This document shows, in pieces, positions 46,071-56,324 of a stretch of DNA of 64,000 nt (positions are counted from its first letter, which is position 1; each line of letters begins with the position of its first letter). The stretch spans positions 744,877 to 808,876 of the forward strand of contig NW_024055676.1 in assembly GCF_902713615.1 (NCBI RefSeq). The letters run 5' to 3'. Under the pieces are notes generated by a model. The model made no database searches. It was not told where the DNA came from and was given only the letters and a program-made list of their open reading frames with translations. Made by a program: the position numbers and the translations under genes. Source of the stretch: Scyliorhinus canicula. Taxonomy: Eukaryota.

Positions 46071-47469
46071 CAGAATAATAATAATCTTTATTATTGTCAC
46101 AAGTAGGCTTACATTGACACTGCGTGAAGTTACTGTGAAAAACCCCTAGTCAACATACTCTGGCGCCTGTTTGGGTACACAGAGGGAGAATTCAGAATGT
46201 CCAATTCACCCAACAAGCGCATCATTCGGGACTTGTGGGTGGAAACTGGAGCACCCGGAGGAAACCCACGCAGACACTGGGAGAAAGTGCAGACTCCGAA
46301 CAGACAGTGACCCAAGTGAGAATTGAACTCGGAACCCTGGCGCTGTGAAGCAACAGTGCTAACCACTGTGGCATCGTCCGGGAAATACCACCAGACAGAC
46401 CCTTCGGATTGGACTGTGAGAGAGAAACTCCTACAGAATCAGTGCAGAAGGAGGCCACTCGGCCCATCCAGCCTGCACCGTCCCTTGGAAACAGCACCCT
46501 ACTTAAGCGCATGCCTCCACCTTATTGAAGGGCATCTTGACAATTACATGAATAGGTTGGGAACAGAGGGCTACGGACCCCAGAAGCTCAGAATATTTTA
46601 GTTTAGCCGGGCAGCATGGTTGACGCAGGCTTGAAGGGCCTTTTCCTGTACTTTTGTCCTTTGTTCTTTATTTATCCCTGTAACCCAGTAACGTCGCCTA
46701 ATATGGACACTAAGGGGCAATTTAGTGGGGCCAATCCACCTAACTTGCACATCTTTGGATGGTGGGAGAAAACTGGAGCACCCGGAGGGAACCCACACAG
46801 ACACGGGGAAAATGTGCAAACTCCACACAGTCACCCAAGGCCGGAATGGCTGAAACATCATTATACTGCTCCTGGGAGTTGATGGTCTCGTGGTTCAATA
46901 AATATAATCAGTGGATTAAAGAGGTGTGTAATGTAGATAAAAACAGAAAATGCAAGATTAACTCAACAGGTCTGGCAGCATCATAGAATCCCTGCAGTGC
47001 AGAAGGAGGCCGTTCGGCCCATTGAGTTTGCACCAACCCTACAAAAGAGCACCCCACCCAGCTGGACTTCCCCCAACCTCTCCCCATAACCCCACTTCAC
47101 CTTTGGACACGAATGGGGCAATTTAGCAAGGCCAACCCACCAAACCTGCACATCTTTGGACAGTGAGAGAAAACAGGTGCACGCGGAGGGAACCCACACA
47201 GACACGGGGAGAATGTGCAAACTCCACATAGTCACCCAAGGCTGGAATTGAATCCAGGTCACTGGCACTATGAGGCAGCAGTCCTAATCATCTGTTGGGA
47301 GAGAAACAGAGTTAATGTTTGTTGTTCCTTGTTGTAACAGTTCTGCAGAAGGGTGAATGGACTCTAATTTATAAAGTCCATTGAAGTGAAATGTGGAAAG
47401 TGTTTTACTCAGAGGTTTGACACAGGAAAAAGTTTCAGTCTGTGTAAAGCTCAAACTTCAATTACACAA

Positions 47470-47830
47470 AGCCCGCAGTCTGATTGGCTGGAGGACCAGA
47501 GTCCACCCGGTCCTCCAAATCTTCCCATTGGTCAACATCGCTCAGGCAGGAAATTAGGTTTTGGAAGTCGCGCCCATGTGGCCAATGGGAAGAACTCAAA
47601 AGATAGAGTCTCAGCTAATGAGGGAGATCCGGGATCAGCACCGCCCCTGATTTACTCCAATTGGTTGGAAGACCAGCTGCTCCTGCATGATTGGTCTGGA
47701 GTTGCTGTCAATCACTCCCAGGGCATTGTGTTGTGGAGCATGCACAGTGCAGCTCATGTCCAGGGACAGACGCTTGTTTGTCTCATCTTTAGGCGGGAGG
47801 GAGGCGGATAAGCGGAGGCAGCGTTAGGGG
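47470..47830. promoter_or_regulatory. Third GC-rich CCAAT-cluster promoter-like region
   Basis: GATTGGCTGGAGGACCAG 47482-47499 and ATTGGTTGGAAGACCAG 47660-47676 are reverse copies of CTGGTCCTCCAACCAATC at 26143-26160. Confidence 0.5.
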
Positions 47831-48329
47831 CAGTGGGTGGGAGGGGAGGCTTCACACACACCCAGTGGGGGCCTCAACACCCCCAATAACAAACTAGCCG
47901 CACCGCCTCAACACCCAACACAATGGCAGCTGCCGCTTTCTCCCGGTGCCAGGCCCCAGTGGACAAATGTGGCTTCAGGAAGGAAATGCAGCAATGGATT
48001 TGTTCAGGAGAAATGATCTTTAACTGACTTTACTGATCCTGGAGCAGGAGGAGAGAATGGGGGGGATTTTTATCCTGCACTGCAGTTCATTTGTCCTCTG
48101 CTTCTGACAATCAAATCTGCAGCATTTTTATTACCTATTGTTCATTTAACACAAAAGAAATTACCCCTCCAGTGTTTGCACCGAGCGGGAAGGTTTTCCT
48201 GCAGAACCTTTCCCCAGTTAAGCACCACCATCCCCATAGGGGGCTGTGTGCAGCAGGGAGCATGTGCGGTTGCCGTCCTCCATGCGGGCGCCCCGCAAGA
48301 AATGTTGGAGTGACGGGACGGCGGAGGAA

Positions 48330-48734
48330 AGGAGTGCATCTCTCAGAGAGGCCGGCCCGCCGATCGGTGGGCACCGATTGCGGACCAGACCCCTTTTGAG
48401 TGCCCCCCCCCCCCCCCCCCCCACAGGCCGCCCCCGCAGCGGTCGCGCGCTGTTCACGCCGGCAGCGACCAGGTGTGTTTGCCGCGGCGTGAACACGTCG
48501 CATTGGGCAGGCCGCTCGGCCCATCCGGGCTGGAGAATTGCAGCTCGCCCGTTACAAATGGCGTGCGGCAATTCTCTGAGCGGCCTGCCGTAAATTGCGG
48601 CGTGTCAATTTGGAGGGGGTGGGAGAATCGCGTGCGGGTGCCGGGGCGGCGTGGCGGGACTCGCCCAGCGCCCCCGCGATTCTCCCTCCCGGCATGGGGG
48701 GGGAGGGGGAGGGGTGGTGGGAAGAATTGCGCCC
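48330..48734. mobile_element. GGAGAATC-family MITE-like element
   Basis: Hairpins GGAGAATTGC..GCAATTCTC (about 48531-48577) and GGAGAATCGCG..CGCGATTCTCC (about 48622-48686), ending GAAGAATTGCGCCC. Confidence 0.6.
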
Positions 48735-49145
48735 TCGATGTCATAATTTCAGGATAAAGGGTAGCAGATTTAAAACAGAGATATGGGGATATTATTTCTC
48801 TCAAAGGGCCATGAATTTGTCGAATTCACTACCCAGTAGTGTGGTGGATGCCAGGACTTTGAGTAAATTTAAAGAGGAGATAGATAGATATTTAATTTGT
48901 AATGGGTCAAAGGGTTGTGGAGAATGGGCAGGAAAGTGGAGTTGAGTCTGAGAGGAGATCAGCCATGATCATATTGAATGGCTTACTCGGCTCGAGTGGC
49001 TGAATTGCCTACTCCTTCTCTTAGTTCTTATGTGGTGATGCGGAGATGGGTTAATTCTGTGTTCTGTCCATTGTGGCCCAGGAGGTGGATTAATACTCAG
49101 ACCCATGAACTCCACCCCCGTGCCCCACCCAGCACCTCCCCCCCT

Positions 49146-50077
49146 TGTTGTATCTTTGGATTGTGAAGTTTTATTCAATTTACGGTTGCCGGTTGTTGTT
49201 GAGACATTGTTGAAACTCAGTAGAAATTCAAGTTAAAAACTTGTCAGGTGCAAATAAGAATTGTTTTATTTGAAGTTCATTGGTTACAACTTGAATTTCA
49301 TTTAAAAGGTAGTTTGTAGACAATTTGATTTTCTTCAAAGAATCACAGGAATTATCTTCTGAGACAATAGCCTGAACACAACTTTAAAAGTCAAAGGCTG
49401 AAGTCAAAGTTTGAAAATGAAATAGGAATACAGAACTCTTTTCTAATTCTCTTCCTTTACTTTCTCTCTCTCTCTCTCTTTCTGTCTTGTTCTCTTTGTC
49501 TCTTTCCTGTCTCTTTCTCTCTGTCTCTTTCTGTCTTTCTCTTTCTGTCTTTCTGTCTCTTTCTGTCTTTCTGTCTAAAATGGTGGCAAAATCATCCATG
49601 GATATACTATTTCTTAAGCGATCCGATCACACCCCAATATAATCCTAATTGGTTTAAGCTATATTCAAACACATTTGATTTGATAACAAGCAGTCCATCC
49701 TCACGATGCAACGCCACTTTCAATTGTTGCTTATCTGCAACAATTGAGACGTTAGTCATCTCATCATAAACTGTTTTTTTGACACAGTCTAAAATGTTTC
49801 GGCTTGCATACGTTATGGAATGTGGTTCAGGCTGTTATCACAAGTGGCCTGAAATCAGAACAATGGAGCCTTTAATGCTTCCACCTTACAGCCCATGGGA
49901 TTTAGCCCCTGTCCTTGAAAGAATGTGATGTTCTTATCAGTGGTTCTGTTTTTCCCAAACTCATGTCTGAGTTTGGGAATTGTATGTTTCAAACATTTTA
50001 AAACTGGGATTTAATATTTATGCTCTAAACTGCCTTTTTACCTATATTAAGTGTATTTAAAATACCTGACTTCTACA
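49146..50077 (-). repeat. 3' LTR, 932 bp
   Basis: Starts TGTAGAAG and ends GATACAACA on -. AATAAA at about 49265, CCAAT at 49648-49652 and an AG-rich microsatellite. The PPT AAAGGGGCGAC lies at 50078-50088. Confidence 0.92.
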
Positions 50078-50374
50078 GTCGCCCCTTTGATAATTCGAAA
50101 GATCAAGTGAGATATATCAGAATAAGATAAAAGATATCATTAAAGCGATAGGATAGGTAAAAGCGCAAAGAATAATTCATTCATATTGTCATTGCAGATT
50201 TAAACAATAGAATGGAAACTTAGCATTGCAACAAATATTTCAACAATAATCATTAAAATTCTTAAAGAATCATTATTACAAAATAACAATTAATGAATTA
50301 GTCAAATTTGATGCTACAGATTCAGTAGTAATAGATTATACAAATAATTGATTGATAATATTACGGTTAACATT

Positions 50375-51736
50375 TCAACAAAAGTATTTCACCTCAAATT
50401 CATCAATTGGGGGTGCAGTAGGGTTAGTGTGAATCATTCTGACAGTTGGCCCCCTGCGCTTAGCGAATAGTTCTTTGATGCACGTAGCACATTGGTATGT
50501 CATATAAATGATGAATCCAGCTGCACAGGAGAATAGGATTATTCTCATTATGGACATTCCTGTGTGTCCAAACCACCCGCAAATTCTATCCCAGAGAGAG
50601 AGAACTTGGGATGGATCAAGTTTTTTGATTTCTTTTTGGATACGTAATACCAAATCTTTAACTTCTTCAGAGTTATCAGGAATGAAAGTGCAACATTCTG
50701 CACCAATCAGGGCGCATGTGCCACCGTTTTCGGCTAGCACATAGTCAAGTGCCATCCGATTTTGCAATACCACGGTTCGAATTGTTCGCATTTCGTCAGA
50801 GATTTTATCGAGGACAGTGGCAGTGTATTCTGCCACATCTTGTATGATGGTTGTTATTTTATTTAACTCATTCTCCATCCTTACTTCCCAATAGAAAGGA
50901 ATGATTCTAGCAAAAATTGCATCTCTAAAGATGATAGAACGTTTTTTCCTTTGAACAGTCATTTCTGAAATATGCAGGAGATTAGTCACATGACGAATGG
51001 CAGGTACCATGTATCCTAAATAGCAAGATCCTGACCAGGATCTTGGGAGCCAGGGATATGCTTTATCATCACAAATAAAATAAGTTCCATTATAAGCAGA
51101 ATATGAGTAAATATATTCTAAGAGCCATTGGTCTTCGAATGTTTTATTATTTCTGAGGTTAGGTATGCCTGTTATCCTTGAGGACCGCATAACTCTTTCT
51201 AAGCGGTTGTTTGTACATTTAAAAGCTGTATTAACATCTAAATAGTTAGTAAAATTACTATTACCCATTGGTATCCCTTTAGGGTCCTTACTGATGAGGC
51301 AAATTGATCCTTTTTGTTTAATATTAGTTGGGAGGTTAAGATTTTGAGGTTTTTTGTCAGGGTTAAATTGAAGTTGGTGCCATCCTGAAAAGGTGTTTAG
51401 TGGATAGCCTGCAGATTTCCATAAGTTAATAGATTTTTGGATGTCAACCTGGTACCTCCCATTTTCACATGTATATGCTCCAGAATGGGTCACCACAGAG
51501 CGAGGGACACTTTGATAGATGTACCATTCTGCTGTTTCTGAAGCATTAAAGGGAATAGTTAGAAAGGGAATACCCTCCCCTGAGTTAGTAGGGGTTGCAA
51601 TGCATACCCAACAATTAGAAATGTTAAAGTTTTCAGCATATATCTTAGCTGTGTAAAGGAATGTGTTCTTATTCATTTCTGATACAACATTCACAAAGTC
51701 AATCAAATAACTGAAAATTAAAATTGCGGCAAACAT
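50375..51736 (-). CDS. env: Retroviral envelope glycoprotein, 453 aa, uninterrupted
   Basis: Signal peptide, CWVC, furin site RKKR, ISD LQNRMALDYVLAENGG, CX6CC (TCALIGAECC), TM anchor and cytoplasmic tail. Confidence 0.93.
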   Translation of the reverse strand: MFAAILIFSYLIDFVNVVSEMNKNTFLYTAKIYAENFNISNCWVCIATPTNSGEGIPFLTIPFNASETAEWYIYQSVPRSVVTHSGAYTCENGRYQVDIQKSINLWKSAGYPLNTFSGWHQLQFNPDKKPQNLNLPTNIKQKGSICLISKDPKGIPMGNSNFTNYLDVNTAFKCTNNRLERVMRSSRITGIPNLRNNKTFEDQWLLEYIYSYSAYNGTYFICDDKAYPWLPRSWSGSCYLGYMVPAIRHVTNLLHISEMTVQRKKRSIIFRDAIFARIIPFYWEVRMENELNKITTIIQDVAEYTATVLDKISDEMRTIRTVVLQNRMALDYVLAENGGTCALIGAECCTFIPDNSEEVKDLVLRIQKEIKKLDPSQVLSLWDRICGWFGHTGMSIMRIILFSCAAGFIIYMTYQCATCIKELFAKRRGPTVRMIHTNPTAPPIDEFEVKYFC

Positions 51737-51737
51737 T

Positions 51738-53588
51738 TTACTTGTACGTGCGCTTCACGTGCGATGCATGAATCCAACTTTTCTTTCCTTTTAACTTAAC
51801 AGCGGATTGGGTGGTGAGAAGGATTACGAAAGGACCTTCCCACTTTGATCCCAAAGGTTCCTTTTGCAGCTTTTTGACATACACTTCTTCACCGGGCACC
51901 AGGTCGTGTCCACCCTCCGGAGGATCACCCCACGCAGCTAACACCTGTTGAGAAGCAAAGCTAACAGCATTTGTTAGATTTTGACAGTAAGACAGCAAAG
52001 CATCACTCATTAAATGACAGTCTGCTTTCCTCAAGTCAATAGTTCCTGGCAGAGACATTGGTCTGCCTGTGATGATTTCAAAAGGGCTCAGGCCTGTTGT
52101 TCTATTTGGTGTTGCTCTAATGCTGCATAATACTATTGGCAAAGCTTGGACCCAATTCATGCCTTCCTCGCTGTATTTAGACAGTCTTTCTTTCAAAGTT
52201 CGATTCATACGTTCCACTTGTCCTGATGATTGTGGATGATAAGGACAGTGTAAATTCCAGTTAATGTTTAGTAGTTTACAGACTTCCCTACAAACAGCTC
52301 CTGTAAAGTGGGTTCCATTGTCTGAGTCAATGCTAGCTGGTACTCCCCATCTGGGAATAAAGTCTTTGCTTAGCACTTTGGCTGTATGGGCAGCTGTCCC
52401 TCTTCTAGCTGGAGCAGCTTCCACCCATCTGGAGAATTTATCCACTATTACAAGGACGTCATTGTACTGTTGACATTTAGGAAGAGTGATGTAATCTACT
52501 TGTAAGTCCTGGAATGGACCTGCAGGAGCAGGAGCTCTTAATTGAGGCATTGATGTTATAGGACCCAAGTTATTCTTTTGACAGGTTACACATCGGTTTG
52601 CTACCAATTGTGCATGTTTTTTGAATCCTTTACCACACCAACTTCTATGGAATCGATCCATCATTTGTTGAGGTGATATGTGTCCCCATGAATGAATTTG
52701 TTGAGCTAAGAAGGGCATTAGTGATTGCGGTGCGACTGGTTTACAAGTTTGAACTTCTCTCCAAATTTCATCATCATACGGTTGAATACCTGATTCTAAC
52801 CATTTCCATTTTTCTTCCTTTGTACAATCATTCTGCATTTCACGTAAATCATGTAATAAGGTGGTTACTCCCAATTTGTAAATGTGACTGGATTCCTGAT
52901 GCCAATGAGAGGCACAAAGGGAGGCAGCTTCCCTTGCTGATTGGTCCGCAAGAGCATTTCCTCTTGCTTCCATAGTGTCCTCATGAGTATGGGCTTTACA
53001 TTTTAGAACTGATACTTCTTTGGGCAAGGTCATAGCTTCTAGAAGATCTCGTACTTCCTTTCCATTTCGGATAGGTGTACCTGCTGTTGTGAGAAATCCT
53101 CTTTTTCTCCACAGTTGGCCAAAATCATGTGCTACTCCAAAACCATATCTGGAGTCAGTATAGATGTTAGTAGTTTTATCTCTTGCCACATGATATGCTT
53201 CTGTAAGTGCCTTTAATTCGACCTGCTGAGCTGATGTAGCTGGGGGCAAACTTCCTTCAGCTAATACTTTGTATGGGCTTGTGACTGCCCACCCAGCTTT
53301 CCTGATACCCTTGTCAATAAAAGAGGAACCATCTGTGAATAGGATTAAATCTGGGTTCTGTAGTGGCTCTTCTTCTACTAAGCGTATTTCTTCCATTTCC
53401 TCTATTATTTTCACACAGTCATGCACTTCTCTCTCTCCCTTCCCTTGTTCCTCGGGAAGCGGGAGCAAGGACGATGGGTTTACAGGATTGGCTTTGTGAA
53501 AATATAGGTTGGGAGCTTCCAAAATTGCTGTCCATCTAGCTGATGTAACCTGTTCATGGATAGTAGAGAATGGACTGAATGTGGACAT
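51738..53588 (-). pseudogene. pol: pol 3' part: RNase H and integrase, frameshifted from RT
   Basis: LILFTDGSS, SAQQVELKAL, IYTDSRY, HHCC, LQVDY/IDSDNG/QVERMN (DDE) and the GPF C-terminal module. Frame break near 53560. Confidence 0.93.
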
Positions 53589-54616
53589 TTAATGATTAAC
53601 TTTTGGTCTAGAACAAGTCCAGATGTAATCATTACAGCTCGACATGTAGCTTCCATGGCTCGTAAGCAACTGCCAAATGCTAGTGCCACATTGTTAAGTT
53701 TAAGGGAATAGTACCCAACTGGTCTTAACTGATCACCATGTTCTTGAGCTAGTACTGCAGTCATGTAACCATCTCTTTCATGAACAAACATGGTAAAAGG
53801 TTTTCCGTTGTTTGGAATACCTAAGGCTGGCGCTGAAGACAGGACCTTTTTCAAATTCAGAAATGATTGTTTTTGTTCAGAATTGAGTTTAACTCGATCT
53901 TTTGATTTTCTGTTTCCTTTTAGAAGATCATTCAATGGCTGGCATAACTGAGTATAAGAATCAATCCAATTTCTGTTAAAATTACAGAGTCCCAAGAAAG
54001 ATCTGACTTCCTGTACAGTTGAGGGTTCTTTAGCTGCTTTGATGGCAGCTGTTCTGTTCTGAGTAAGTTCCCTTTTGCCTTTGGAAATTTTCTGTCCCAA
54101 GTAAACAACTTCTTCCTGGGTAATTTGTGCTTTTGCAAAGCTAGCTTTGTGACCATTTGTACTGAGGTGGTTCAAGACCACCCGTAAGTCCTTTTCATGG
54201 TCATCTTTATTGATGGAGGCTAACAGAACATCATCTACATACTGAATAATGGTTGAAGGCAGATCAGGCAGTTCCCTGATGTGATTCTGCAGAGCCATGT
54301 GGTAAACAGTTGGGCTATTGTGAAAACCTTGCGGTAGTCTAGTCCATGTGTACTGTTGTTGATTGACCGTAAAAGCAAACCATGGTTGTACTTGTTTAGC
54401 TAATGGTACTGACCAGAAGCCATTTGCCATATCAATGACTGAAAACCACTGAAGGCCAGGAGTTAAAGAGTTAAAAATTGTAGACGGATCTGCCACGAAA
54501 GGAGCTTTTCTGACAATGAATTGATTTGCCTTTCTGTAGTCAATAGTAAGGCGCCATGTACCATTAGCCTTTTTCACAGGCCATACAGGGCTGTTTGATG
54601 AACTGTGAATACGCAC
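53480..54616 (-). pseudogene. pol: pol: reverse transcriptase and connection domain
   Basis: NSPVWPVKK, FSVIDMANGFW, TRLPQGFHNSP and QYVDD. Frameshifted from the protease ORF at about 54620. Confidence 0.94.
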
Positions 54617-55197
54617 TAAAATATCCCTTCAAGTTGTTTTATTATAGGTAGAATACCTTGAATTGACGTTTTGCTAATGGGGTATTGTTTGGTACAAGGT
54701 GGAGCTGATCCCATGAAAGTAACTGGGTCCATTTTCAAAAGACCACAATCATTTTTGTCAATTGCCCAAATTGGATGATGTTGTATTTCATCTTTTTTTA
54801 TGTGTCTAATGGACCAGGTAATTTTCCCATTATTGAAATTGAGTGAAGAATTTAGTTGTGATAAGATGTCCATACCTAGAAGTGCTTGTGTTACCGGACC
54901 TACCCATATTGACGCTATCAGTTTATGTGGTCCAAATTCTAAGAGCAGTGGTATAGTCTTCCGAAGAGGGACAGAGTCTCCTCCTGCAGCCAAAGCTTCT
55001 ATTTTCTCTGAAGTCAGGGGAAAGAAAGCAGCATTCTGTTCAGTAACACAGGTAAGTTCAGCTCCAGTATCAAATAGAAAATCGATATCAATACCTTCCA
55101 CTCTTAATGAAATATATAATCCATCATTTTTCTGCTGCAAAAGTGCATGTAGAGAGAAATGGAGAGAATCATCAAGAGTGGGGTCTAGTAGTTTTTT
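54616..55197 (-). pseudogene. pro: Aspartic protease and RT N-terminus, in the -1 frame relative to gag
   Basis: FLFDTGAELT active site and LLGMDIL flap-proximal motif. The frame is open from the A6C run at 55197 to 54616. Confidence 0.9.
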
Positions 55198-56324
55198 GAA
55201 TTATCACACAGAGAACGTCTTTGAGCTGGAGGACAGCTGTTTAACATTTCATTCATAGCATTGTTATCATCGTGTAGAATCCTACGTGGGTACGGTTCGT
55301 CCCCATGTGGGTAAGATTTCTCCCTACATGGGTAAGATTCCTCCCTACGTGGGTAAGGTTCCTCCCCACGTGGGTAAGATTCCTCCCTACGTGGGTAAGG
55401 TTCCTCCCCACATGGATAAGGTTGGGAGGTTTTAAATGTAAGTCTGGGTCTGTCTTGTTGGAACGTTACCCTAGGTGCATCTTGTTTGTGCGCATTACGT
55501 GGTTGACCACGAGGTGGAAATGTATTGTAGTGAAAATTGTCTGCCTCATTATCATCTCTCGAATCCATCCGTAGTTTAAGATAGCATTTTGCCATCCAGT
55601 GTCCTACTTTACCGCAGTAAAGACATTGTGGTATATTTTCCTTACGTGATTTTAATGGAGCCAGGGTACATGTTTGCCCTGAATCTTGTGGTGATGTTTT
55701 AGTCACTGCTGATGAGCTTGTCCGATTCCGTAAACCGCGATCTATCTGAATGCACCGGTCAACTATGTCTCGGTATGTGCCAGTTTTGGCCCAAGATGGT
55801 AAAACCAAATTCAAGGCATCAGAAACTTCAGGTTTAACACCGGCTACAAAAGCCGTTTTTAATGGATTTAAATTGCTTGCATCCCATGTGTCAGTTTCGT
55901 CTGTAAGTGTCATTCCCGAATATTCCATCCAAGTCTGTAAAAATCTGTCCTCAAAATCCTGAATATCTTCATTACTTTTTTGAATGCAAGATGTGATCTT
56001 AGACCAATCGGTCCTCGGGGGGCGATATGTTAATAGCCAATCCCTGATTGCTAGCCAACCAGCGTCTAAATTTTGCAAATCGTCTCCAAGGGCAAATTCC
56101 ACCTCAGTTCTAAGGGTTGAAATTACGCGAGTACCGAGCATGATAGTTAGAACTTGTACTCCATCAAATGGGTGGAGACTGTAAATGGATTTTAATCTGT
56201 TAATTCCATTCCATGTGGACATTTTTAGGATGTGGGAGATTTTTGGACCATTCGTCAATTTGTGCAGGCTCTGCTGGTTCCTGAGTCCATTGATGATCAA
56301 ATATGTTTCTAGAGATAGTTTCAC
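55185..56324 (-). pseudogene. gag: gag 3' part: capsid-like region, CCHC zinc knuckle and PYP-repeat tail
   Basis: SLHPFDGVQVL, CLYCGKVGHWMAKC (CX2CX4HX4C), seven-residue repeats EEPYPRR, ending SKNY*. Confidence 0.88.

Noticed and set aside
56190-56230. Frame change within gag considered as programmed frameshifting
   Set aside because: It is a +1/-2 shift with no slippery heptamer, in the middle of capsid-like sequence, so it is best read as a disabling indel.
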